61,419 nt of DNA from a virus, in IMG/VR virus record IMGVR_UViG_3300035529_000070, positions 122,114 to 183,532 of that record. One strand, 5' to 3'. Both the position numbers and the translations under genes were made by a program. Below, one piece after another: positions 46,823-55,689 of this stretch. The first letter of the stretch is position 1; the number at the start of each line of letters is the position of its first letter. A model generated the notes under the pieces. It was not told where the DNA came from, made no database searches, and was given only the letters and a program-made list of their open reading frames with translations.

Positions 46823-48103
46823 ATGCCAAATAAAATAAATTTAAAATATGTTTATGTACCTATAATAAAAGATAGTTTAAAAATTGGGAATGACACTTAC
46901 GATTGTATGTTAGATGATCTTGATTTAATCCCCTTTTATGATGTACAACATTATAACAACCAAGAAAGGCTACAAATAGCAAATACTTTAACTATGTATC
47001 AAATTGCCGAACATTTTTTTTCTGAGTTAGAATTAGGAATAGAGAGCTCTGAAATACAAGAGAAAATACAAGATGATTTGAATGGTAATTCTTTATTCGA
47101 AAAAAATGGAGTTCTACAATCCTTGAAAGAATGGTACAAAGAACAAAAAATAGAATTTATAGTTTTGGATGTAGAAAAAGAAGAAAAATTCAAAATATGG
47201 GAAATAAATTTAAACTCGGATTTTAATAATGTATTCACTAGTATTGATAAGCTTCCTAAAGATGGAGACTATTCTATGAGTTTAGAACGTTTACAACCTA
47301 TTTTGAATCCAAATAAACAATATGGATATATTGAACCAAAAGATATAATAGATATTAACGGAATAGAAAGAACTCGTGAGTTTGAAGTTGTATCAAGTGA
47401 AGCTATAGAATCTAAATTTATTTTGTGGTATCTTGTAGAAGAATTAGGTATATTAGAAAAAGAGGAAGAATTTGGATCTTTGAATTATAATCCTGAAGAA
47501 CTTGAAGTTGAATTTAAGTTAGATGGTGAATCTATAAGCCAAATCTGGTCTCCTTATAGAGGCTGGAACTCTCCAGATAATTACGCTATAAATATCAAAT
47601 ATAAATATGATGAATTAGTAGACAGCGGAGAAGATGATGATCAGTATGAAGAAACTGAAGCATTATATGAAACTATTATACAAGATTATATGAATTTGTT
47701 GGAAAATGATTACGATTTTTCGCTTTTAGTTCTTGGACGCAGTGGAGGATATTTTGGATTCGAAGTTGGTATCGAAATATTTGAAGCTATTAAAATTATA
47801 TTGAATAAAGAAGTGCTAGAAGTAGTTCTTAGCGATTATGGACCTTTCTCTATACAAAATTTTTATGATAATGTAATCGAAGAAACTGAAGCTTGTTTGG
47901 AAGAAGTTGAAGAAATAAGCGATGGAGACTTCGATATTGTAAATGTTGAATATACAGAAGATTTTATTAATTTCAATAAAGATGTATATACATATATAAA
48001 ACATTTAAGCTCAGGCCCAAGATTAAAAAGCTATGATGAATACATAGCTTGGGAAGAAGGAACTTTAGAAGAATATAGGCAAAGAAAAATTGAAGAGATA
48101 TAG
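46823..48103 (+). CDS. Highly acidic hypothetical protein
   Basis: 426 aa, D/E-rich, GRSGGY motif; AGGAGG SD. Confidence 0.65.
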   Translation: MPNKINLKYVYVPIIKDSLKIGNDTYDCMLDDLDLIPFYDVQHYNNQERLQIANTLTMYQIAEHFFSELELGIESSEIQEKIQDDLNGNSLFEKNGVLQSLKEWYKEQKIEFIVLDVEKEEKFKIWEINLNSDFNNVFTSIDKLPKDGDYSMSLERLQPILNPNKQYGYIEPKDIIDINGIERTREFEVVSSEAIESKFILWYLVEELGILEKEEEFGSLNYNPEELEVEFKLDGESISQIWSPYRGWNSPDNYAINIKYKYDELVDSGEDDDQYEETEALYETIIQDYMNLLENDYDFSLLVLGRSGGYFGFEVGIEIFEAIKIILNKEVLEVVLSDYGPFSIQNFYDNVIEETEACLEEVEEISDGDFDIVNVEYTEDFINFNKDVYTYIKHLSSGPRLKSYDEYIAWEEGTLEEYRQRKIEEI

Positions 48104-48110
48104 TAAAGAA

Positions 48111-48140
48111 AAGAGGGCGCTCAGCCCTCTTTTTTTACCT
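48111..48140 (+). terminator. Bidirectional terminator, AAGAGGGC/GCCCTCTT family
   Basis: AAGAGGGCGCTCAGCCCTCTTTTTTTACCT between convergent genes. Confidence 0.75.
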
Positions 48141-48417
48141 TCACAACGATTTCTTGGCCCTCTCTAATAGGTTTAGTCGTTCTTAAAATATAACGCCCTC
48201 TATTGACCGTATACGTAGAGTTAGGATTATCATTATCTATAGTTATATTCTTACCAAGTAATGTATCTTGGAATTTCTTGTTGTGCAAATCTCCTACAAA
48301 CTGTCCGGGTTTTATATCAGTTCTAGAGACAATCTTTTTCTGTCCATTAGTAATATCGTTTTCTATAATTATTCTGTTTTTCATCCCAGAAGTTTTTATA
48401 AATTCTTTATGAATCAT
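48121..48417 (-). CDS. Degenerate SET-like domain protein with leader MIHKEFIKTS
   Basis: IVSRTDIKPGQFVG ... NPNS ... ILRTTKPIREGQEIVV matches SET pattern (FATRDIKKGEFI...PN...A.RDI..GEEL); NH and terminal Tyr missing. Confidence 0.55.
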   Translation of the reverse strand: MIHKEFIKTSGMKNRIIIENDITNGQKKIVSRTDIKPGQFVGDLHNKKFQDTLLGKNITIDNDNPNSTYTVNRGRYILRTTKPIREGQEIVVKVKKEG

Positions 48418-48433
48418 TTTTATTCACCACTTT

Positions 48434-48697
48434 CTAATGAAAAATTACCAGTCTTTTTTTCAACTCCATAGTATTCATTTCTTCTATTTTAGCCAAATCA
48501 TTTTCGCCTATGTAAAAATGATCTCCGTTTATCAGTCTAATAACATAAATACCTCTATCGTAGTACGGCCTTATAATTGATATCGCATCTAGATTTATAT
48601 AAATATTGTAACTATTAGGGATGGTGCTTTGGACATCAAGGGATTTAACCTTAATCAGCATCCTTTTGCGCCTTCTTATGACCTTTAATAACAGCAT
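48434..48697 (-). CDS. Small hypothetical protein (IYINLDAISII...IRLINGD)
   Basis: Likely start MLIKVK at ~48661. Confidence 0.5.
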   Translation of the reverse strand: MLLLKVIRRRKRMLIKVKSLDVQSTIPNSYNIYINLDAISIIRPYYDRGIYVIRLINGDHFYIGENDLAKIEEMNTMELKKRLVIFH

Positions 48698-49139
48698 TTA
48701 GTAAAGAGCTTTTTTTAGTATATTTTACAAGTGTATCAATTAACAAATCTTGATTAAAATATATCTTAACGCGGTAATCTTTCTTTAAGTAATAACCATC
48801 TTCCCATTCTTGCCCGAGATGGTTCTTTTTCTCATAATGTTCATTAATCCATGCAACTAAAGAGTCGTAAGACAAAAATCCTAAAAAATTAATTTCCACA
48901 TCATCTTTAAGCAATTGTACAAAATAAGAAAAACGTGAGTCTCCATTGAGAAATCCTGTTTTTGCTTCTCTTCTCAATTGATACCTATAGTCGAGTTGAT
49001 GCACTCTTTCGTCTATTTCTTCAATTAGTTCTGGATTCTTGCCTTTGTCATAATCTGGCTGAGTTACAAACCATTCCAAATAACTTAAAGGTACATCTTG
49101 CACTTTCATACCATTGTATTTGCCAAAGTTCATCCTCAA
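48651..49139 (-). CDS. DUF3820/QSregVF-like motif protein
   Basis: MNFGKYNGMKVQDVPLSYLEW. Confidence 0.65.
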   Translation of the reverse strand: MRMNFGKYNGMKVQDVPLSYLEWFVTQPDYDKGKNPELIEEIDERVHQLDYRYQLRREAKTGFLNGDSRFSYFVQLLKDDVEINFLGFLSYDSLVAWINEHYEKKNHLGQEWEDGYYLKKDYRVKIYFNQDLLIDTLVKYTKKSSLLNAVIKGHKKAQKDAD

Positions 49140-49192
49140 AGATAAACAACTCCTTTCTAAATAAAAAAGCCCCTGGCGGGGCCTAACAAAAT

Positions 49193-49702
49193 TTAAAGTG
49201 GGCTATTACCGCCACTATTATTATAACTCATGCCAGGGTTTTGCTGAGGTCTTTGCTGTGGCTGACGCTGCATAGGTTGATTATTATACCCTTGTTGGGG
49301 TGGTCTTTGTTGAGGGTTTTGTCTAGGTGGATTATATCCGCCTTGTTGTTGGCTTGGGTTATTTTGCTGCATATGATCTGCTTGAGCTTTTGTTTCAAGA
49401 GCTACAACATGAGCAAATGGCACTTCTACACTAATTTTTTCTATTCCTTGTTGATTAGTGAATTTATTTTGCACTACAGACCCTTCAACTAAAACCAATC
49501 TTCCTTTGAATAAATTGTTTCCAACAAACTCAGCGCTTTTACCTATTGTTGATACTCTAAAAAAATCTGTTTCGTTATTGTTTCCCGGTCTATCTACCGC
49601 GATAGAAAAGAATGCCATAGGTTTGCCAGAATTAGATTGTTTGATTTCTGGGTCTCTAGTCAATCTACCTATTAATGTTATTTTGTTATAACTTATTCCC
49701 AT
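49193..49702 (-). CDS. ssb: Single-stranded DNA-binding protein
   Basis: NKITLIGRLTRDPE, FSIAVDR, TDFFRV, KGRLVLVEG; Q/P/N-rich tail. Confidence 0.93.
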   Translation of the reverse strand: MGISYNKITLIGRLTRDPEIKQSNSGKPMAFFSIAVDRPGNNNETDFFRVSTIGKSAEFVGNNLFKGRLVLVEGSVVQNKFTNQQGIEKISVEVPFAHVVALETKAQADHMQQNNPSQQQGGYNPPRQNPQQRPPQQGYNNQPMQRQPQQRPQQNPGMSYNNSGGNSPL

Positions 49703-49714
49703 AATTACACCGCC

Positions 49715-50173
49715 TTAAAATAATTTATTGTTGTTTATAATTGCTGTTGCATTTTCTTTCTTCTTTTTCATATTTTCTATTTCTTTATTGATTTTCTCGT
49801 TAATATATAACGTTTCTAAATGTTTCATACCTCTTAAAAAATCTTCTTTTGTCTCTAGATTATTGTAATCAAGTTTGATACTTAATTTAGCTTTTTCTTC
49901 ATCAGTCCTTGTGATCATACAATAATTATGTAATAAAACCTCGAAGTTTAATTTTCCATGAATAGTTCTCTGCAAAAGCTCTTTAATGTATACACCTTTT
50001 AAATATAATTTTGTTTTTTTCATAACTTCTTTTCTAACATTGTAATCTTCTATATTATATTTTACCTTTAGGTTTTCTATAAAAGCATCTGGTTTTTTAC
50101 CAGTGATATAACAATACAAATTCATTATATCAACAAAATAACCGTCAGTTCTGTACACTTCCATCCATTTCAC
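49715..50173 (-). CDS. Hypothetical protein with internal duplication
   Basis: LYCYITG..LKVKY / NYCMITR..IKLDY; TTGATT-17-TATTAT promoter upstream. Confidence 0.55.
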   Translation of the reverse strand: MKWMEVYRTDGYFVDIMNLYCYITGKKPDAFIENLKVKYNIEDYNVRKEVMKKTKLYLKGVYIKELLQRTIHGKLNFEVLLHNYCMITRTDEEKAKLSIKLDYNNLETKEDFLRGMKHLETLYINEKINKEIENMKKKKENATAIINNNKLF

Positions 50174-50238
50174 CTCTCATTCATATACTATATAATACCA
50201 CAAAACCTATATTCAATCAAGTAAAAAAAGATATTATT

Positions 50239-50298
50239 TTGGTATATATTATATGTTATTGATGGCATACTTGTACTATTAGAAATTTTTGGTATAAT
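50239..50298 (+). promoter_or_regulatory. Phage promoter-like motif, copy 4, plus sigma70 promoter TTGTAC-16-TATAAT
   Basis: TTGGTATATATTATATGTT at 50239; TGGTATAAT at 50290-50298. Confidence 0.6.
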
Positions 50299-50326
50299 GG
50301 TAATATAATTACAAGGAGGTTAACCG

Positions 50327-50875
50327 ATGAAAAAACATTTTGCAATTTTAGTATCACTAGCAGTAATCACTATATCTTTAGCAAGTTTAGTGGATTTTAC
50401 ACAGCATTACATGGAGAACTTTTATGATGTGCCAGAGTATTTAGCAGAAGCATTATCTCCAGTAATTGTAAAAGATTCAGAAGAATTGGGAATAGACCCA
50501 CTATTGATCGTGGCTATTTTACAACATGAAACAAGGTTTGTGAATACATTTGGAGACGGTGGAAATGCAGTGGGCATACCACAGTTACATCAAGGAGCTG
50601 TGTATTATGTAAGTAATTTTTTCCCTTATATTTCTTATAAGATACAAATGGTAGGAGCCCATGAAAATTTAATAAGATATCCTGTATTACAAACGAAAAT
50701 TGCCATAAGATATTTATATCTAATGAAACAAAATTTTAACACAGATATAATAACAGCCATAGGGAAATACAACGGGCAAGTAGATATGCACAATACATAT
50801 ACGACTAAAGTTTTATCAGAATATGTAATGGTGTTAACTGCATACAATGAATATAAAATGATAAAGGGGGAGTAA
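50327..50875 (+). CDS. Lytic transglycosylase (SLT) with N-terminal signal/SAR helix
   Basis: GIDPLLIVAILQHETRF (catalytic Glu), AVGIPQL, AIGKYNG, YTTKV. Confidence 0.85.
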   Translation: MKKHFAILVSLAVITISLASLVDFTQHYMENFYDVPEYLAEALSPVIVKDSEELGIDPLLIVAILQHETRFVNTFGDGGNAVGIPQLHQGAVYYVSNFFPYISYKIQMVGAHENLIRYPVLQTKIAIRYLYLMKQNFNTDIITAIGKYNGQVDMHNTYTTKVLSEYVMVLTAYNEYKMIKGE

Positions 50876-50877
50876 CA

Positions 50878-51180
50878 ATGAATAAAGTGTTAGAACCTAT
50901 TTACTTACGTAGAGAAAGAGAACTACCGCAATTTAAATTGAAAGTCTCAAAAACCAGAAATTGGGAAAAATGTGGTGTAAAAGGGTTATGTTTTAAAACA
51001 GAAGATGGGGAAAAATATTTTGCGTATTTTCCATTTAAATTGGTAGGCAATTTGCCTATAACGATACATGATGTTGATCAAAATATAGAAATTCCTGAAT
51101 TAAAATTGAAAGGAACTATATCGTCTAAATATTTCATAGGTCAAATAAACGGAGAAGATATTTTTCTTAAATATTTATAG
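50878..51180 (+). CDS. Hypothetical protein
   Basis: 100-aa ORF coupled to SLT gene. Confidence 0.6.
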   Translation: MNKVLEPIYLRRERELPQFKLKVSKTRNWEKCGVKGLCFKTEDGEKYFAYFPFKLVGNLPITIHDVDQNIEIPELKLKGTISSKYFIGQINGEDIFLKYL

Positions 51181-51192
51181 GAGGTATTTGGC

Positions 51193-51363
51193 ATGGATAT
51201 TTGGGTAATAATTGTTTTAGGTATGTTAGTTGTGGCCAACATTACTGTTACCGTTTTAGCTGTAAAAGAAGTTTATAAGATTAAAAAAATCAAAAATATA
51301 TTAGATTTTAAAAAAGTTTATAATACAATAGAAAATAATGAAAAAAACAAAAGAGGCCTGTAA
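51193..51363 (+). CDS. Unannotated 56-aa single-TM protein (MDIWVIIVLGMLVVANITVTVLAVKEVYKIKK...)
   Basis: AGGAGG SD; TM helix then basic tail. Confidence 0.65.
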   Translation: MDIWVIIVLGMLVVANITVTVLAVKEVYKIKKIKNILDFKKVYNTIENNEKNKRGL

Positions 51364-51392
51364 AAGGGCCTCTTCATTTTAGGAGGGACTAA

Positions 51393-51620
51393 ATGAATTT
51401 CTTATTAATTTATTTTGGATTTCTATTTGTAAATATTATTTTATTGAATAGATTTATAAGTGTTTTTGAAAAACATGAACACAATCTTCCGTTGATAAAA
51501 AGGAAGAAGATAACTAATAATATGTTAAGTATGATGATGCTTAGCCTAGTACCAATATTGGGAGGTATAATACCATTAATATATATGATTACTTTTAAAA
51601 AAGAGGTGAGAAATAAATGA
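51393..51620 (+). CDS. Small two-TM membrane protein
   Basis: Two hydrophobic segments; AGGAGG SD. Confidence 0.6.
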   Translation: MNFLLIYFGFLFVNIILLNRFISVFEKHEHNLPLIKRKKITNNMLSMMMLSLVPILGGIIPLIYMITFKKEVRNK

Positions 51621-52402
51621 ATATTCCAAAAAAAGATATTATGGAATTTAGATATGACATGGATAAATTTGGGTTCTTCGATGCGAGATTAGTTTATCAC
51701 GTAATCGATGAAATAAACACTTTAGGCCCAGATGAATTAGGCGATTTTGAATCTAAAGATGAAGAAGCACAAGAACAAGAAATCTTCGACATCATTCCTG
51801 ATATACAAAATGAAAAAGCTTATAATTTCATTCAAGAAGAAATGACTTATTGGTGTCGAGAAATAATTTTAGAAAAACTTTTAAGAGTAAATTTAATTAA
51901 GGAAACTTTTGGATTGAAAATAGATGAAGGTAATTTTTTTTACAGGGGAGATTCTACATATTATGATGAAACTTTTATTTTAAATTTAGAAATTATAGAT
52001 ATGGAAAAGTTCAAACAAGGTTTTGAAAAATATAAATATGATGTTGAAATGTTTTTTGGAAGTATCCAAAAAGAACAAAGTGGTAGTTTCATGCATTATC
52101 CTAGAAACTATGACACATTTTGCCAAGGCATCAACGATGATGTTTATGGTGAAATCCTTCCTTATGAAAATTGGGGAGAAGTATTAAAATATATAATTAG
52201 TTCGAATGATAAATTTTTGCAAGATGGTTCAGGATATATGATGACAAACGAAAGCAGAATAGGACAACTATCAATAGAATTAGATATAGAAAGAATATTT
52301 GATGATTATATAGATATTCAATATCAACATGAAGATGCAATATTTGAATATTTAGTTTCTGATATAATGTCGATTTTAAGAATGGAGTACAGCCCACAAT
52401 AA
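51617..52402 (+). CDS. Acidic hypothetical protein
   Basis: 261-aa ORF. Confidence 0.6.
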   Translation: MNIPKKDIMEFRYDMDKFGFFDARLVYHVIDEINTLGPDELGDFESKDEEAQEQEIFDIIPDIQNEKAYNFIQEEMTYWCREIILEKLLRVNLIKETFGLKIDEGNFFYRGDSTYYDETFILNLEIIDMEKFKQGFEKYKYDVEMFFGSIQKEQSGSFMHYPRNYDTFCQGINDDVYGEILPYENWGEVLKYIISSNDKFLQDGSGYMMTNESRIGQLSIELDIERIFDDYIDIQYQHEDAIFEYLVSDIMSILRMEYSPQ

Positions 52403-52424
52403 GAATTAATGGAGGCGGATAAAA

Positions 52425-52985
52425 ATGAAGTTTTTCTTAAAAGTAGAAGATCATGTTGAAGATGGTAAATTTAATGAAATTCAGGTGTGTATCTATGATC
52501 CATATAATACATCTGAATTTTCTTTTATACAAGAACCTATATTTTACGATGATGAAAAATATGTCCCTTTCTTAATTAAAAATATAAACAAATTGAACAA
52601 AATGTATATAGAAAAACTAATGGAAGGGGATTACAATGTTAAATACATAGCTGATGAACTAAAGAAGGTGTTGTCTGCGGATATTTCATATTTTAAGCAT
52701 ATACTATCGTCATTTAAAGAACAAGAGACAAAGGTAATAATGACAAACACCTTCCCTAAAACATTTTTGAAATTTAAGTACAAGATAAAAGAAAAATGGC
52801 CAGTTCACGAAGAAAAGTTATTATCTGAAAAAAAGTTTATATGGAATATTTTGAATTATAAATCAATTTATTTAGAAGCTAAAAATCAATTTGGATTTGT
52901 GAATTCATTCTTGGATAATAATGGGTTTGATATGGATATATTAAGTCCAGAAGAAGTAAAAGCGTTATTAGAAGGGGGATATTAA
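52425..52985 (+). CDS. Hypothetical protein
   Basis: 186-aa ORF, GGAGG SD. Confidence 0.6.
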   Translation: MKFFLKVEDHVEDGKFNEIQVCIYDPYNTSEFSFIQEPIFYDDEKYVPFLIKNINKLNKMYIEKLMEGDYNVKYIADELKKVLSADISYFKHILSSFKEQETKVIMTNTFPKTFLKFKYKIKEKWPVHEEKLLSEKKFIWNILNYKSIYLEAKNQFGFVNSFLDNNGFDMDILSPEEVKALLEGGY

Positions 52986-52987
52986 AA

Positions 52988-53962
52988 ATGAAATATTTTA
53001 AAGATAATTTTAGAGGTTATTTTCAAGATGTATTTGGCCAAGTTAATGCAATATACAGCGGTGATGGAGTGTTAACTTTTAAGGAAAGAATAAGGAAAGA
53101 ATTTAACGGTATTGATCTAGAATTGTTTTGTGACGTTGGTGACCGTAAAGTAGGATTTGATAAAGAAAAAATGTATATAGAAACTTTAAAGTTATCTGAT
53201 CATGATAATAAATGGATTGTAAGTGAAATTAATTTACCAGAACCAATTGAAAGAGTAACATATGTAAGAGAATTCATGGTACTAAAAGGCAAAAAAAACA
53301 TATACTATTATGGAAAGAAAATATTCTCTGATGACCTTTTTCCAATTAAAGATGTTATAGGAGTTTTCGAAATTGCGCCGTCCACAATTGTTTTTGAAGG
53401 ACAAGAATACAAAGTAAAAGATATTCAAATTTCAAATACTTTTCAAGCATTTTTATTAGAAGGTAATAAAGCTCTTATAAAATATAAAGACGAATATTAT
53501 TTCAAAGAATATGTAAAAAATATATATGTTTATCATTCTAATATAATACTACTCATGAATACGCATCCAGTTGAATTAAACATAATTGGGGATAGCTTGG
53601 ATCCAAACGACGGGGTTTTCAAGTTTTTTGAACCTTCTGACCCAGTTGTTTTACAATTAAGGCAAAGTGAAGAAATAGAAAATAATAAAGTTATACAAGC
53701 TATTGAAAAAGGTAATATAGAATTTTTATTCTTCCCAAAATCCTTTATAATGAAGGTCAAATTAGAAGATGAATATAGATACATTGGATTTGGGGATTTT
53801 TCTTATGTAAAAAATGCTCCATTTAAATATAAAATAAAAACAAAAGCAGAAGACCTGAGTGAGTTCTTCCCAACATCACTTTCACAGGTTATATACTCAG
53901 CATCTAATGATTTGTTGATCGCTGTTGACTATGATAACGATACCTTATATACTAATTTATAA
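52988..53962 (+). CDS. Hypothetical beta-rich protein (possible degenerate propeller)
   Basis: 324-aa ORF; KVKDIQISNTFQAFLLEG-type strands. Confidence 0.5.
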   Translation: MKYFKDNFRGYFQDVFGQVNAIYSGDGVLTFKERIRKEFNGIDLELFCDVGDRKVGFDKEKMYIETLKLSDHDNKWIVSEINLPEPIERVTYVREFMVLKGKKNIYYYGKKIFSDDLFPIKDVIGVFEIAPSTIVFEGQEYKVKDIQISNTFQAFLLEGNKALIKYKDEYYFKEYVKNIYVYHSNIILLMNTHPVELNIIGDSLDPNDGVFKFFEPSDPVVLQLRQSEEIENNKVIQAIEKGNIEFLFFPKSFIMKVKLEDEYRYIGFGDFSYVKNAPFKYKIKTKAEDLSEFFPTSLSQVIYSASNDLLIAVDYDNDTLYTNL

Positions 53963-53974
53963 AGGAGTGATAAT

Positions 53975-54766
53975 ATGATAGATATAAGCATACCGTGGGA
54001 CAAAATAGAACTTCCGAATAGAAGTTTACTGATAGATAATAAAGTCATAGAAAAGTTCCCGTTTTTAAAAGATATACTGGAAAGTGCATATAAAAAAACA
54101 AATGAAGAAAGTTTATTTAAAAAAATATTTTTAGATGAAGTTATAGTGCACGGATTAGATGAAGATAGTGAATTAATATTCTTTTTTAATAAAATTTTTC
54201 AAAATATATATATAGATGGTCCAAGGTTTTATAGATTCCCTTATTATAAATATCCTTCTAATATAACAATAAAAATAGAAAAATTATCTAATCAAACTCA
54301 AAATGATTTGTTAGAATTTATAAATAAACTTAATAAAAAAAGAAAAGAGTTATACACACCACTAAAGAAGTTGTTGGATAAAAAAATGATGGAGACACAG
54401 TTAAGAAAATTATTGGAGAATCCACCTGAAGAAATAGCTGGACAATATGATATAAATTACATGATAGATATATTTAAAGCTTATACTCCAACCCCTTCTT
54501 TAATTCAATGGAAATATCCAAAAAAACATAATCCAAAAAATGAAATAAGTTTTGGAAATAGTTTTTTATCCAACCTAGATAATGCACACAAAAAATTAAA
54601 AGAAACAATAGAAAGACAATCTTCTAATAATAATATTAGCAAGCAAAGGCAACAAGAGTTATTAGCAAAAGTAGAAAAAGTAATAGCAGATACTGAAGAT
54701 GAAATCTTTGAGTATATACAACACATGGATAAAGAAAAGTATATTATAGAACTTGATAAATTATAA
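53975..54766 (+). CDS. Hypothetical protein
   Basis: 263-aa ORF followed by terminator 54765-54794. Confidence 0.6.
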   Translation: MIDISIPWDKIELPNRSLLIDNKVIEKFPFLKDILESAYKKTNEESLFKKIFLDEVIVHGLDEDSELIFFFNKIFQNIYIDGPRFYRFPYYKYPSNITIKIEKLSNQTQNDLLEFINKLNKKRKELYTPLKKLLDKKMMETQLRKLLENPPEEIAGQYDINYMIDIFKAYTPTPSLIQWKYPKKHNPKNEISFGNSFLSNLDNAHKKLKETIERQSSNNNISKQRQQELLAKVEKVIADTEDEIFEYIQHMDKEKYIIELDKL

Positions 54767-54799
54767 GAGGGCGCAACACCCTCTTTTTTTACCTATATA

Positions 54800-54872
54800 A
54801 AAGAAAAGGGGTGGATCCGCATCCACCCAAACAACGTACAACGAAAGTTTTTGGTGCTACTGTATAGTAGCA
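54800..54872 (-). ncRNA. Candidate small RNA B (~72 nt)
   Basis: TGTGATATAAT extended -10 (54888-54878); 5' hairpin TGCTACT-ATAC-AGTAGCA; ~26-nt single strand; terminator GGGTGGAT-GCGG-ATCCACCC-CTTTTCTTTT. Confidence 0.55.
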
Positions 54873-54934
54873 TATATATTATATCACATTAACACTGATT
54901 TGATATAATTATAGAGTTAATTTAATGTTCAAAA

Positions 54935-55357
54935 ATGACTTTAGTATTATTAACTTTAATATATAATAAAGTGGAGGTGATTTTATTGAGAAGATTTATG
55001 CATATATACTATTTAAGTTTAGAATGTGGTTATTATCAAGAAACAGATATATGCAACAACATAAACAACATAACAAATACATGTTCATCGGGAAACTGCC
55101 CATTATGTGATGTGGCACGTCCTGTCGATGAATTCAAATATGAAGCCAGTGATGAAATAGCTCAAACGATGGCAAATTATTTTGGTAATGACGAAAAGTT
55201 TGCTGCAAACGAGTATATAGTGACTAAAGAAATTTACGAAGAAAATTCTACAATTGTAGATTATTTGCAATCAGAATTAAAACCACTTATTACAAATTCT
55301 GAATCATTAGAGATAATAGATAATGAAATAGCAAGGCTAAAAAGAGAGGTGAAATGA
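54935..55357 (+). CDS. Cys-rich (Zn-binding?) hypothetical protein
   Basis: ECG...IC...CSSGNCPLC; true start probably after GGAGGTG at ~54972. Confidence 0.55.
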   Translation: MTLVLLTLIYNKVEVILLRRFMHIYYLSLECGYYQETDICNNINNITNTCSSGNCPLCDVARPVDEFKYEASDEIAQTMANYFGNDEKFAANEYIVTKEIYEENSTIVDYLQSELKPLITNSESLEIIDNEIARLKREVK

Positions 55358-55358
55358 T

Positions 55359-55604
55359 ATGCCTAAGCCTCCTAAAGATCCAGATAATCCTACCAGTGTA
55401 ATTAATATTAAAGACCCTGAATTACAAAAAATCATAGATGAAGACAAAACAGCCAAATACATGTTGGATAAAGCCATCGTAGAAAAATGGAATGAGGCTG
55501 AATTCTTAGGGGAACTTGTAAAAGAGTTGGCTGAAGATAAAATTCATCTAGGTAGAAAGATATATAACTTGCAACAAACTACAACAACAAGATTGTATAT
55601 GTAA
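55359..55604 (+). CDS. Small hypothetical protein
   Basis: 81 aa, GAGGTG SD. Confidence 0.55.
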   Translation: MPKPPKDPDNPTSVINIKDPELQKIIDEDKTAKYMLDKAIVEKWNEAEFLGELVKELAEDKIHLGRKIYNLQQTTTTRLYM

Positions 55605-55683
55605 AAAGAAAATCCCTCCTCTAAAGAGAGAAGGGGGACAGTTTTTTCATTTAGATCTTCTAGTTAAAGAATTTTTTGACATT
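55605..55683 (-). ncRNA. Candidate small RNA C (~80 nt)
   Basis: TGGTATAAT (55698-55690) followed by non-coding stretch and TCCC..CTC-TTTA-GAGGAGGGA-TTTTCTTTT terminator. Confidence 0.4.
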
Positions 55684-55689
55684 CAATAG

